Origin: Mobula hypostoma
Taxonomy: Eukaryota
Length of the DNA: 64,000 nt
Reading direction: 5' to 3'
Assembly (NCBI RefSeq): GCF_963921235.1
Contig: NC_086097.1
Location: forward strand, 104,844,001-104,908,000
Below the pieces are notes generated by a model, which was given only the letters and a program-made list of their open reading frames with translations, was not told the DNA's origin and ran no database searches. This document shows, in pieces, positions 52,020 through 64,000 of this stretch (within the stretch, counting starts at the first letter, position 1; each line of letters starts with the position of its first letter). The translations under genes were made by a program, and so were the position numbers.

Positions 52020-54572
52020 ATAGAAAACATACAGCACAATACAGGCCCTTCAGCCCACAAAGCTGTGCTGAACATGTCCCTACCTTAGAACTACCTAGGC
52101 TTCTATTTTTCTAAGCTCTGCTGCCGGCAGCCCATTCCACGCACTCACCACTCTCTGCTTAAAAGTCTTACCCCTGACATCTCCTCTGTACCTACTTCCA
52201 AGCACCTTAAAACTATGCCCTCCACTTTTCGTGATTTTTATTAACGACCTGGATGTGGGGGTAGAAGGGTGGGTTGGCAAGTTTGCAGACAACACAAAGG
52301 TTGGTGGTGCTGTAGATAGTGTGGAGGATTGTCAAAGATTGCAGAGAGACAGTGATAGGATGCAGAAGTGGGCTGAGAAGTGGCAGATGGAGTTCATCCC
52401 GGAGAAGTATGAGGTGGTACACTTTGGAAGGACAAACTTCAAGGCAGAGTAAATGGCAGGATACTTGGTAGTGTGGAGGAGCAGAGGGATCTGGAAGTAC
52501 ATATCCACAGATCCCTGAAAGTTGCCTCACAGGTAGATAGGGTAGTTAAGAAAGCTTATGAGGTATTAGCTTTCATAGGTCGAGGGATAGAGTTTAAGAG
52601 TGGCAATGTAATGATGCAGCTCTATAAAACTCTGGTTATGCCATACTTGGAGTACTGTGTCCAGTTCTGGTCGCCTCACTATAGGAAGGATGTGGAAGCA
52701 ATGGAGAGGGTACAGAGGAGATGTACCAGAATGCTGCCTGGTTTAGAGAGTATTCATTATGATCAGAGATTAAGGGAGCTAGGGCTTTACTCTTTGGAGA
52801 GGAGGAGGATGAGAGGAGACATGATAGAGGTGTACAAGATAATAAGAGGAATAGATAGAGTGGATAGCCAGCGCCTCTTCCCCAGGGCACCACTGCTCAA
52901 TACAAGAGGACATGGCTTTAAGGTAAGGGGTGGGAAGTTCAAGGGTGATATTAGAGGAAGGTTTTTTACTCAGAGAATGGTTGGTGCGTGGAATGCACTG
53001 CCTGAGTCAGTGGTAGAGGCAGATACACTAGTGAAGTTTAAGAGACTACTAGACAGGTATATGGAGGAATTTAAGGTGGGGGGTTATATGGGAGGCAGGG
53101 TTTAAGGGTCGGCACAACATTGTGGGCCGAAGGGCCTGTAATGTGCTGTACTATTCTATGTTCTATGTTCATGCTAGCCATTTCAGCCCTGGGGAAAAGC
53201 CTCTGACTATACACACGATCAATGCCTCTCATTATCTTGTACATCTCTATCAAGTCACCTCTCATCCTCCGTCGCTCCAAGGAGAAAAGGCCAAGTTCAC
53301 TCAACCTATTCTCATAAGGCATGCTCCCCAATCCAGGCAACATCCTTGAAAATCTCCTCTGTACCCTTTCTATGGTTTCCATGGCCTTCCTATAGTGAGT
53401 TGACCAGAATTGAGCACAGTACTCCAAGTGGGGTCTGACCAGGGTCCTATATAGTTGCAACATTACCTCTCAGCTCTTAAACTCAATCCCTTGATTGACG
53501 GAGACCAATGCACCGATCCTTCTTAACCACAGAGTCAACCTGCGTAGCAGCTTTGAGTGTCCTGTGGACTCGGGCCCCAAGATCCCTTTGATCCTCCACA
53601 CTGCCAAGAGTTTTACCATTAATACTATATTCTGCCATCATGTTTGACCTACCAAAATGAACTACCCCGTGCTTATCTGGGTTGAACTCCATCTGCCACT
53701 TCTCAGCCCAGCTTTACATCCTATCAATGTCCCGTTGTAACCTCTGACAGCCTTCCTCACTATCCGCAACACCCCCAACCTTCGTGTCGTCAGCAAATTT
53801 ACTAACCCCTCCCTCCACTTCCTCATCCAGATCATTTATAAAAATCACAAAGAGTAGGGATCCCAGAACAGATCCCTGGTCACCGGCCTCCATGCAGAAT
53901 ATGACCTGTCTACAACCACTCTTTGCCTCCTGTGGGCAAGCCAATTCTGGATCCACAAAGAAATGTCCCCTTGGATCCCATGCCTCTTTACTTTTTCAAT
54001 AAGCCTTGCATGGGTTATCTTTTCAAATGCCTTGCTAAGATCCATATACACTACATCTACGGCTCTGCCTTCATCAATGTGTTAAGTCACATCCTCAAAA
54101 AATTCAATCAGGCTCGTAAGACACGACCTGCCTTTGACAAAGCCATGCTGACTATTCCTAATCATATTATGCCTATCCAAATGTTCATAAATCCTGCCTC
54201 TCAGGATCATCTCTATCAACTTTACCGACCACTGAAGTAAGACTCACTGGCCTATAATTTCCTGGGCTATCCCTATTCCCTTTCTTGAATAAGGGAACAA
54301 CATCCGCAACCCTCCCATCCTCTGGAACCTCTCCCGTCTTCATTGATGATGCAAAGATCATTGCCAGAGGCTCAGCAATCTCCTCTCTTGCTCCCCACAG
54401 TAGCCTGAGGTACATCCCGTTCGGTCCTGGTAACTTATCCAACTTGATGCTTTCCAAAGCTCCAGCACATCCTCTTTCATAATATCTATATTCTCAAGCT
54501 TTTCAGTCCACTGCAAGTCATCCCTACGATTGCCAAGATCCTTTTCCTTAGTGAATACTGAAGCAAAGTATT
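52020..54572 (-). mobile_element. CR1 LINE split by a + strand CR1 (pieces 52020-52218 and 53169-54572)
   Basis: YRPVSLTSVVGK, KFADD, LERRRMRGDL. The 3' region continues on the other side of the insert. Confidence 0.88.
52219..53168 (+). mobile_element. 5'-truncated CR1, relatively well preserved
   Basis: ORFs 52231-52452 and 52473-53105 (RT C-terminus). (TTCTATG)n tail. Confidence 0.9.
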
Positions 54573-54869
54573 TGATAGCTATATGGACAGGAAAGGGAAT
54601 GGAGGGTTATGGGCTGAGTGCAGCTCGGTAGGACTAGGTGAGAGTAAGAGTTCGGTACTGACTAGAAGGGCCGAGTTGACTTGTTTCCGTGCTGTAGTTG
54701 TTATATGGTTTATATGGTTATTGGAGAATCCAGAAGAGGTTCACAAGGATGATTCTGAGAATGAAGGCGTTAACATATGGGGAGCATTTGGCAGCTTTGA
54801 GCCTGAACTCAGTGGAATTTAGAAGAATGTTGGGGGGGATCTCATTGAAACCAAATGAATGTGAAAAGG

Positions 54870-55546
54870 ACGAGAGTCGGCGAAAATGGCGGGAGGAGAA
54901 GATGGAGGCGTGACACAGCTCGCAGCGGCCACTCCGGTGGTGGTGTCTGTTATTTGTCAAGTAGGGTGCCATGCACAATCCTGATTTGATGGAGACGGAC
55001 GTGAGAGTACGGAGGAACATCTGGTGATGCTTCTGAAATGCCTGCTTCGCTGCTGCTGCTACTGTGTGGTCCAGAATCTCCGGAGGGGAAGGCCCCAAGT
55101 CCTCGGCTTTGCTTGTTGCTCGGCGGCTGGGGCAGGGTCGAAGCAGAGGCTGTGTCAGAGGGGCTGGTTGGAGGCTCGAAGTTTTCAGACAGACTCAGAG
55201 TCCACTGCAGTCGGGTGCTTCCAGTGGTGCTGCTTTGGCAAGTTGGCGGTGCTTGGAGGTTCATGGCAGGGAAAGTTTCTCCCTTCTACCGTCTGCGTGA
55301 GGTGATGAGTCTATCGGGACTTTGAGACTTTTTTTATACTGTGCCCATGGTCTGCTCTTTGTCAAATTATGGTATTGCTTTGCTCTGTTGTTATGTTATA
55401 ATTATGTGGTTTTGTCAGTTTTAGTCTTGGTGTATTCTGTGTTTTTTTTGTGATATAATTCTGGAGGAACGTTGTATCATCTTTTAATGCATGCATTTCT
55501 AAATGACGATAAACAAGGACTGAGTGTCCTCGTAATCTAATCTAAT
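54870..55546 (+). mobile_element. Non-coding ~680 bp retroposon (copy 2), inserted in a CR1 fragment (54720-55830)
   Basis: Homologous to 26281-26971, with the same TAATCTAATC tail. Confidence 0.75.
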
Positions 55547-55878
55547 AAGATACATGTGGAGATGTTTCCTGCAAACCTTTAGAACAGAGGTATGGAGGAA
55601 TTCTTTAACCAGAGAGTAGTAAATCTGTGGAATGCTCTTCAGTAGACTGTGGTGGAGGCCAAGTCAGTGGGTATATTTAAAGCGAAAATTGATAGTCAGG
55701 GCATCAAATGATATGATGAGAAGGCAGGTGTATGGGGTTGAGTGGGATCTGGGATCAACCATAATGGAATGGCAGAGCAGACTTGATGGGTTGAATGGTC
55801 TAATTCTACCTCTATGTCTTTTGGTCTTACTATCTGACTTGTGTCTGGCCACTTATAACTATCTCTCTCTGCTTCCAG

Positions 55879-55961
55879 GTTGCAGAGATCACTGGTGTTG
55901 TAGAAACTGGAAAGGTTTATCAACTGGGCAGTTCAAGGACAAACAAAGGGCTGCAGTTACG
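55879..55961 (+). CDS. RTF1: RTF1 coding exon, Plus3 domain
   Basis: ttccag| ... |gtaagt. Encodes [27 protein letters not shown](R). Confidence 0.95.
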
Positions 55962-56299
55962 GTAAGTACCAGAGCGGAGGATTGGTTCAACTCATTAAAT
56001 GAGAACTGTTGACTTCAGGAGATCAAGTTGGGGTAGGCCTGATGAAGTAAAAGGCTGCCAGTCATGATGTTGCAGTACCCAGCTGGAGAAGAGGAAAATT
56101 GGATATAATTCCCTTTATATTAACCACAATGCTGCCACTGATTAATCATTATACAGTTAAGTTGTATGTGACTAGTCGTCACAATGCATTTTACAATCAA
56201 AATTACTCTGCTTCTGTTGGAAGTAAAATACTTAAGAGTTCTTCTGTCATTTCTTTGTCCCTGATTACTACCACTCCAGTGTCATTTTCCAGCAGTACA

Positions 56300-56580
56300 A
56301 TATCCATTAAGTAGTGATCAAGATAAAATTTAATTTTATTTGTCACGTACATCAAAATATCAAATGCACAGTGACATATGTTGCTTGTATCAACAACCAA
56401 ACAGTCTGAGATGCGCTGGGGGCAGCCTGCAGGTGCTGCCATGTTTCCAGCCCACCTTGAGGAAGCCCACATGATCATGGGGAGAACATACAAACTCCTT
56501 TCAAATAGTGGTGGGGACTGAACCCTGACCTTACAGCTAGTGCTGTAAAGTGTTACACTCGCCACTATGCTGCCACGCCA
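56300..56580 (-). mobile_element. SINE (V-SINE-like, degenerate)
   Basis: Minus strand begins GGCGTGGCAGCATAGTGG...CAGGGTTCAGT (tRNA-like head) followed by TGTTCTCCCCATG..GTGGGCTTCCTC. Confidence 0.55.
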
Positions 56581-57245
56581 TCCAACAATGTGAAAATGTG
56601 TTCAAATGTTGAGCAAGTAATTACCAATTATAAGCCAGAAGTTTATACCAATGGTAAACAAGGAATACAATCTGAATAGGCAGTAAGCTCAATTCATACA
56701 AGTGAAATACTGTGCATCCTATCTTTAAATTCATTACCTGCTGGTAATGATTTTGCTGTTGTTACTTATGCAAGCATTTCCATCATATAGGATTTCCCGA
56801 GCATGAGTGACTAATTGTGCCCATATGTACCTGGATCTTATGAAGCATTTGGTAGGGATCTTTTTGATCATATTGTACATTTTGCTTTGGCTGTGAACTC
56901 TGCTGAAATTGAACAAAATAATGGAACAAATGCCATCCATGGAGTGAGATTTGACTTGTGTTTCAGGTTTATCATCTTTGATTTGGACAGAAGTCAGAAA
57001 TAATCCTTTGAAAAATTATAGGGAATCTTTAGATTATCCTAGAATACATGACTGGATCATATTACAAACGAAAGGGGACAATAAAGTATTTTTTAAAAAT
57101 GCTGGAGGAATGACCACAACTGTTACCAGCACCTGCAGTGGTAAAAATGGTAATCTTTTAATGCCGTGAGTTAAACGTTAGCATTTCATCGCCCCAACCC
57201 CTTTGTTTATAGTTCATGAAAATAACAAATGCTTTACTGTATTTC

Positions 57246-57467
57246 AAACAAAAGAAAGTCTGCAGATGCTGGAAATCCAAGCAACACATACAAAATGCTG
57301 GAGGAACTCAGAGGCTAGACAGCATCTATGGAAAAGAGTATGGTCGATGTTTCGAGCTGAGACCCTTCAGGAGCAATCCTGCTGAAGGGTCTTGGCCTGA
57401 AACATCGACTGTACTCTTTTCCATAGATACTGCCTGGCCTGCTGAGTTCCTCCAGCATTTTGTGTTG
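57246..57467. mobile_element. Palindromic Penelope-derived short element
   Basis: Inverted arms. Degenerate flanking repeat GCTTTACTGTATTT / GCTTTGCTGTACTT. Confidence 0.8.
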
Positions 57468-57732
57468 CTTTGCTGTACTTTGTTGGAACACAATTGAATA
57501 TCCAGCTACTTTTACTCTATACTGATTTATTCTGTTATAAGTATGAGATTCTTTTGGAGCAATGTTCAGTGGGTAGAATCAGTCATTGTCTCAATTATCC
57601 AATAACCATGCTACTGAAAATGCATTATCACTGTCACTATTTGACAGCATTCTAGACAACTGGTTATGATTTGATGTGACTGCAGTGTTTATCATGATTG
57701 GGAATTGGTAATGGCATATAGTAATTGTCACC

Positions 57733-58580
57733 TGTTACATAACCGACAACAATGAATATTAGTCGAGACAGGTTTTATGAAAACAACCAAACATTTATTG
57801 AACACGTATAAACGATAAGGGAAAAAAAAACAAAGGAAAACTTTAACCAGAGGTTAAACAGGTACGCAGCCGTTCATCAACTCCACTCGGCTCTGGTTCT
57901 TAAAGCGTTAAATGTGGAAACAGTTCTTAAAGCGATAACTTTGAAAGTCCAACAGTTTTACACATTCAATTGGGAGAGACTTCTCTGGAGAACGATTTCT
58001 TCACCGACGCACCTTTATTGCCAGTTCTGTCCTCAGGATTCCCGATGCCAAAATTAAACAGTTTAAGTCAACTGACCTTAAATTCCTTTTAGAGAGAGAG
58101 CCTTTTTGCACGAACTCATTGCGCTTTTACAAGAGTTATCTCAATGCAGCTTCTCTTCAACGAAGACTCAATAAGGTCGATCCTTTATTAAACTGCCCAA
58201 ACGATGCCAACTTCTCTCGATCCTTCACTGATGAATTCTTCACTCTCCCTTCAAAACTGTTGAAATTGAGTAAGATGGCACTTCCAGCCACAAATTTCCA
58301 GTTCAATAATACAAATCTTGTAAGAGAACGCACCTTCCGTTTTAAAAATGAAACTGCGTCACAAAAACAAACACGAAACAGAAACGGAGGCACAACACGT
58401 TCTACCTGGAAATCTACAAACTCAAAAACCTACTGCGTCACCTGAGTCGACCCTTATATAGTCACGGGGCACATCATCACGTGACCTCACATCGATGGGA
58501 AAATCACATCAGGTGACCTCCAAAAGACCATTACAGCATTCTCACCAAAAAAAAAAACAGATCTCCTTGAGCATGTAACA
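57733..58580 (-). mobile_element. Solo LTR, 848 bp, antisense to RTF1
   Basis: TGTTACAT...ATGTAACA 8-bp inverted termini. 4-bp TSD CACC. Minus-strand TATATAA (58454-58460) and AATAAA (~57794-57799). Confidence 0.85.
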
Positions 58581-59746
58581 CACCTGGGATAGGGTAAAAG
58601 ATTGTCTGATTGCTGAGACCAGGTGAAATGGATCAATGAGGCAGCCAGAGGGTGAGCTTTCAGATTTTATTACTTTTGTGCCAATTGGTCCATCTCCAAA
58701 TCTTCTCTTAATTTCCTGGATTATTGTATCTTCTTTTCAGGTGGTAAACTAGCCACAAAGGTTAAGTACAGGCTCCCACAGCTATCTTGACAATGCTTCC
58801 TCCTAACTTGCCTTCTGTAAGGACTCCATTGTAATCTCCCAATGTGAAGGCACTTTCAGGAAACCATGTACTTGTACTCTTATGTCTTCTGTTCTATAAC
58901 ATTCTCCCCAGGGCCTGACCATTCACTATCTAAGTTTTACCTTGGTTTGACTTCTCAAAAGGCATCAACTTGCACTTGTCTAGATTGAGCATTTTTGCCA
59001 TTCCTCTGCCCAGTTACCGTCAGATCAAGGTCCTCCTGTCATTTTGATAACCACCTTTGTTGCCTATGATGCCAAGTATTATAGTAGGATCAGCTCACTG
59101 TAATACTATGCCTTTTTCTTCTCGTCTTTTGAGGTCAAGGTAATGCACCTGTTGTACGACAAATGACCTATCCATCCAGGAATCTGGACTTGAGGCTTCA
59201 GAATCCGGTTTATTATAACTGACATCGTGGAGTCAGTTGTTTTGCGGCGGCAGTACATAAAAATGCAGTTAATTAAATAAGAATGTATAAAAAGTAAATA
59301 GTGCAAAAAAAGAGAGCAAAATAGTGAGATGGTATTGATGGAGCATTCAGAGATCTGATGGTGGGGGAGGGGATGAAGAAGTTTCTAAACCTCAAAGCAT
59401 TATATTTTGAAGATGTCCTCAGTGGAGGCTCATGCCCCTGATGGGCTTGGCTGAGTTTATAACTTCTGCAGCTTTTTCTGGTCCTTTGCAGTGGCAGTTC
59501 CATGCCAGATGGTGATGCAGTTTGTCACAATGCTCTCCATGGTACATCTATAGAAATTTGCTAGAATCTTTGGTGATTTATTTATTTTCTGGGTTCTCAA
59601 CTGCAGTTCATGATAGGGAGCTTAAAAAAATGTTGACTTCAGGATATGCTTTCACAAATTTCTATGATTAACTATATTAAATGGCTCATTTTACAAAAGG
59701 GAAAAACAAACAAGAAAACTAAGTATGTTTACCTTTATTTTTCTAG

Positions 59747-59834
59747 ACATGGCTCAGATGAGCGGGTGTTTCGACTTGAGTTTGTGTCAAACCAGGAATT
59801 CACTGAAACAGAGTTCATGAAATGGAGAGAGACG
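59747..59834 (+). CDS. RTF1: RTF1 coding exon, Plus3 domain
   Basis: ttctag| ... |gtgagt. Encodes [29 protein letters not shown]. Confidence 0.96.
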
Positions 59835-60054
59835 GTGAGTTCTGTGGTGAGGGAGCTTTCAATTTTGGTTTAGTTTTTCTAAAGCTGAGGAGCATGCTTG
59901 CAATCTGGCTGCAAGCAGTGTTTCAATCTCTGCATCTGAATGCTAAGTGTAGGTGCTTCAGAGAGGTATCATTGTTGACAAGCCCGAGTACAGAATGGGC
60001 ACCAAATTCTACAGCTTTGTAGATAGTTTAAACCCTGGCTTTCCATTGTTTCAG

Positions 60055-60162
60055 ATAGTGATGGGAGGAATGCAGTTACCAACCATGGATGAAGTTAACA
60101 AGAAGGAACAGCAGATCAAACAGGCACTGGAGTATAAGTTCAATGATCATGACATTGAAGAG
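60055..60162 (+). CDS. RTF1: RTF1 coding exon
   Basis: tttcag| ... |gtaggt. Encodes [36 protein letters not shown]. Confidence 0.95.
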
Positions 60163-60784
60163 GTAGGTGACAGCAAAAATCAAGCAAAGTTGTTGCATTT
60201 ATTTTCCATCACCTTTATTACATTGTTCATTTTGTAGCCAAACGTATTCAGCTCAAATTGATAACAATTCCTGGACAAATGTTTTGTCCCCTTGGAAGAA
60301 GGAAGTCACTTAATGAACTCTCTGTCGCTTATGGCAGAGTAAGGATCAGAATATAACACTGGAGCACACTTCCTAGAGAAAAAAAATCCCTGTGCCATAT
60401 TCTGTACCAGCCTTCAGCCTTGTGCTAAAGATTTAATTGCAAATTAGTGATATTTTATGGTGTGGACCCATGTCCATGAACATTTTATTTCATGTTAGTT
60501 ATGTAACCAGTGATGGATATTGCCCAAATGGGCAACCTGATTTGACGAATTCTGAAGGTAAATGATCAGTTTTTAATATAGAGCACAGTGTGATTTTGGG
60601 GATGGTCATGTGGGGAAGTGATGCAATTTCTTTGCAAATGTTAGGTTAAAAGTGGGATCATTCACTGACATTTATAAACTTTTTGATTTCCTTCAGAGTT
60701 CAATTGCAATTGAAGCTGAATGTAACAATATTAGATATTAATAGTCACCCCAAACAAGAGTATCTAAAACCTACACTTAAAATG

Positions 60785-61110
60785 CGTAGTCATACAGCAC
60801 AGAAACAAACCCTTCGGCTGAATTCATCCACGCTGATCAAGATGTCTACCTGAGCTACTCCCATTTGCCATCATTTTGCCCATATCCCTCTAAAACCTTC
60901 CTAATCTTGAATATGTCCAAGCGTTTTTTGAATTCTGTAGTTGTACTTCTTTAGGCCATTTACTGTGCCAGCTCATTCCTTACACCCACCACCTCTGTGG
61001 AGAAGTTTGTCCTTTGGGTCCCTTTTCAATCTTTTCCCTGTGCCATCTCATTTTAGACTTCCCTAAATTTTTGAACCTCTAAGATCGCATCTCACCCTCC
61101 TGCATGCCAG
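60785..61110 (-). mobile_element. Degenerate CR1 3' fragment
   Basis: Resembles the reverse complement of other CR1 3' ends in this window. Confidence 0.6.
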
Positions 61111-61853
61111 AGAAAATGTCATCAATGTTGCTGAGTCCCCTTCAGTTGATACTAAGGATCAAACTGTGGTGAGAAGCAGATCAGAGGGTGGGTATAAGCA
61201 ACTCGCCTTCCAACCTCCTGCAGTGTTTCCATGATTTATAATGTGCAAATCCATTTCCCCAGATGAGCGCCACTCCAATAACACTTATGAAGTTTTCATC
61301 ATCTAGAACAAGCCGACTGACTTTATTGCCACCGTGATAGCGTTCAAAGCACCCATTCCCTGCAGTGTGGCTGCAAATTAAAACTGCATAGCCGTTACTT
61401 ACCTAATAACTGTGACATCTCCAAAACCTGTGACCTCCACCACAAGGATTGGGTTTGTATCCTTAAGGGAGTGTTTCATGCTGAATCTAATCATTAAATT
61501 ACTGCAAGATGATGAAGTCCTTCTGATGAGATTGACTCACAGAGCTATGATAATGTTTTGAAGGAGAAAAATATGTTGTTTAAGGGTAATACTGAATTAT
61601 GAAAACAATTGAGGATTTAGATTAAGTCATGCAGACAACAAATGAGTGTTGATCAGTACAAGCTCTTCAAGCAGTTTAATAAAAAGTAAATGAGAATCAA
61701 AGCTGAGACTGGTTGTTTGTGCTGTCAGAAGTCTGAAGGACACCTAATAAATATTATGGGCTTGGAACTCTAAGGATATAGTCGTTTCATAAAGAAGCAT
61801 TTCACCTTAGAAGCCATCCTTGCCTTCAGTTACTGTGTGCTGTCTTGTTGCAG

Positions 61854-61931
61854 ATTGTGAAGGAGAAGGACCGATTCAGGAAAGCACCTTCCAATTATGC
61901 CATGAAAAAGACTCAGCTGATGAAAGAAAAG
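61854..61931 (+). CDS. RTF1: RTF1 coding exon (last in window; gene continues beyond)
   Basis: ttgcag| ... |gtgggt. Encodes IVKEKDRFRKAPSNYAMKKTQLMKEK. Confidence 0.96.
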
Positions 61932-62959
61932 GTGGGTGAAATACTCAGTTTGAGGTTTTTGTTCAGTGCAGTTTGGTTTTTGGATGCATGTTCTTTATTT
62001 ACAAAGTTATTTACTTGTATGATTAGTCCTCAAGTTCAGGCAGCAGAGAGGGAGTTATCCAAGGTAAAAGGAAACAGTAATAAACAAGATTTCAACCTAT
62101 ATCATACATTAATGCAGCATGATCCTGCTATCGATAGTACAGAGTTGACACAAGCACTGTACCAGTGTCCATCTGCATATCCCAGCATATCAGCCACAGT
62201 GCACCTGTGGAGAAGTCTGTGGTTCATTCTACAACCTTACAGATCTGGGATTGAAGTTATCCTTGGACCTGGGGAACCTGGAAATCCAACATAAAACGAA
62301 GTGCTGGGGAAGAGAAATAGTTAATGTTTCAGATTGAAGATCTTTTACCACAACTTTCTCCAAGACTATGCCTCTGAAGTTGATGATCCAGGGCTGTGTT
62401 TGCTTTTTACGGCAAAACTTGAAAGGAAAGTGAGGGGGTGAAAAATCTTTTGAAAGTTCAGATACGTTCAAGGTCAGACGTAGTTGGTTTGAACATTTCA
62501 GGAAGCATGTACACCTTCATATTATCCTGTAGGAGAAGCAATAGGAGCAAATACCATGATGGTGGAAAAATTTCCAAAGAAGATTAAACAAATCATCGAA
62601 GAAGGTGACTTCTGTGATAAATAAGTAGTTAATGTGGATAAGATTAGGTGTTTTGGAAGAAGATGCCATTATATTCTGTTACCAGAAGTTACAAAACATT
62701 TGGGAGTATTGGGTGCAGTTCTGTGGTTGTGGTTGCTCTGGAGAGTCTAGGAGGGATTTACCAGGATGTAGCCTGAATTGGAGGACATCAGTTATTGGGA
62801 GAGATTGGATCAGCTTGGTTGTTTCTCCATGGAGCTGAAGGATGACCTAATAGAAGTATACATGACTGAAATGTGTAGATCGGGTAGATGAGAATATTTT
62901 TTTCTCATGGTAGGGATATCGAAAAAATGAGGGTTTGTTTGTTAGAGAAAGGACTCTTT

Positions 62960-63085
62960 ATAGTCATAGTATAGTCATAGTCATACTTTATTGATCCCAA
63001 GGGGAAATTGGTTTTCGTTACAGTTGCACCATAAATAATTAAGTAGTAATAAAACCATAAATAATTAAATAGCAAATAAATAATA
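62960..63085 (-). mobile_element. Rex1-type 3' tail fragment inside an old CR1 remnant (~62620-63320)
   Basis: Reverse complement of the tail at 15590-15668 (ACTTTATTGATCCC..GGAAATTGGTTTT..TTACAGTT). Confidence 0.7.
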
Positions 63086-63669
63086 AATTAAATCTTTATG
63101 GGATCTGAGGTGAAAATGTGTTACACAGAATGATTGCTATCTGGAATGTGATGTTGGAATCAGATATGATCATTTTGTTTGAGGCATTTAGACACTTAAA
63201 TAGGCAAGATATACAGTATAAGGATCAGGTTCTAGTGCAGGCAAAAGGAATCATGTAGGTGGGCAAGAGATGAGCATGGACAATGTGAGCCAACTAGCCC
63301 ATTTCTGTATTGTATAATTCTGTCCCCATGAATGAGAAATTCCAGACTTTGAGGTGACCAAAGATTGCCTCTGTAGGCAAATCCAATGTTGACCATAAGC
63401 TTAAAGTCCTACTAATCTACCAGCTGGGAAAACCTAAGGTCTCTAAAAGGGTATTCGGAGGCAGTATTCTGGACATGTGGTGATCTCAAAAAAATCTGGA
63501 AGATGCCACTACCGTTCTTAGGTTTTATTATGAACACGAAGGATTCTGCAGATGCTGGAAATCTTGAGTGACATGCAAACATTGCTGGTGGAAGTCGAGC
63601 AACATCTATGGAGGGTAATTTGATGAAGGGGCAGTTTATTTCCCTTTGTAGATGCTGCCTGCCATGACT

Positions 63670-64000
63670 GTAAGATATAGGAGCAGCATTAGGCCATGTG
63701 GCCCATCAAGTCTGCACCGCCATTTCATCATGGCTGATCCAATTTTCTTAGCAGTCCCAATCTCCTGCCTTCTCTCTGTATCCCTTTATGCCCTGGCCAA
63801 TCAAGAATCTATCAACCTCTGTCTTAAACATACATAAGACAGCCTCCACAACTGCCTGTGGCAAATAATTCAACAGATTCACCACCCTCTGGCTAATGAA
63901 ATTCCTCCTCCTCGCTGTTCTAAAAGGATGCCATTCTATTCTGAGGCTGTGTCCTCTGGTCTGAGATTCTCCCACCATAGGAAACATCCTCTCCACATCC
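63670..64000 (-). mobile_element. CR1 3' end (runs off the window)
   Basis: ORF 63748-63996 FPMVGESQTRGHSLRI..RNFISQRVVNL. Confidence 0.85.

Noticed and set aside
58119..58445. 108-aa ORF within the solo LTR
   Set aside because: No recognisable motif and a non-ATG start. Likely a chance ORF.

Overview
Eukaryotic (vertebrate) genomic DNA. The repeat content (CR1, Penelope hairpins, V-SINE-like elements) suggests a cartilaginous fish such as a ray or shark; this is an inference. The only host gene is the middle part of RTF1 (PAF1 complex, Plus3 domain), with 8 coding exons on the + strand between 9878 and 61931. All have GT-AG boundaries and splice into one continuous frame. The introns are mostly nested transposon debris: many CR1 LINEs, Rex1/Babar, L2, an L1, Penelope, Tc1, hAT, Tigger/pogo, SINEs and three solo LTRs with target-site duplications (TSDs). 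Most notable: (1) the ~3.8 kb satellite at the window start has a monomer matching TA plus the terminal repeat of the adjacent Tc1 transposon, so it appears to be an amplified transposon end; (2) a family of ~220-265 bp palindromic, TSD-flanked Penelope-derived inserts carries minimal hammerhead ribozyme motifs; (3) a minisatellite copies an RTF1 exon end and 5' splice site, creating in-frame alternative donors inside the Plus3 domain; (4) one donor resembles a U12-type site. No prokaryote-type systems are present. Element family names come from recalled motifs, not database searches.
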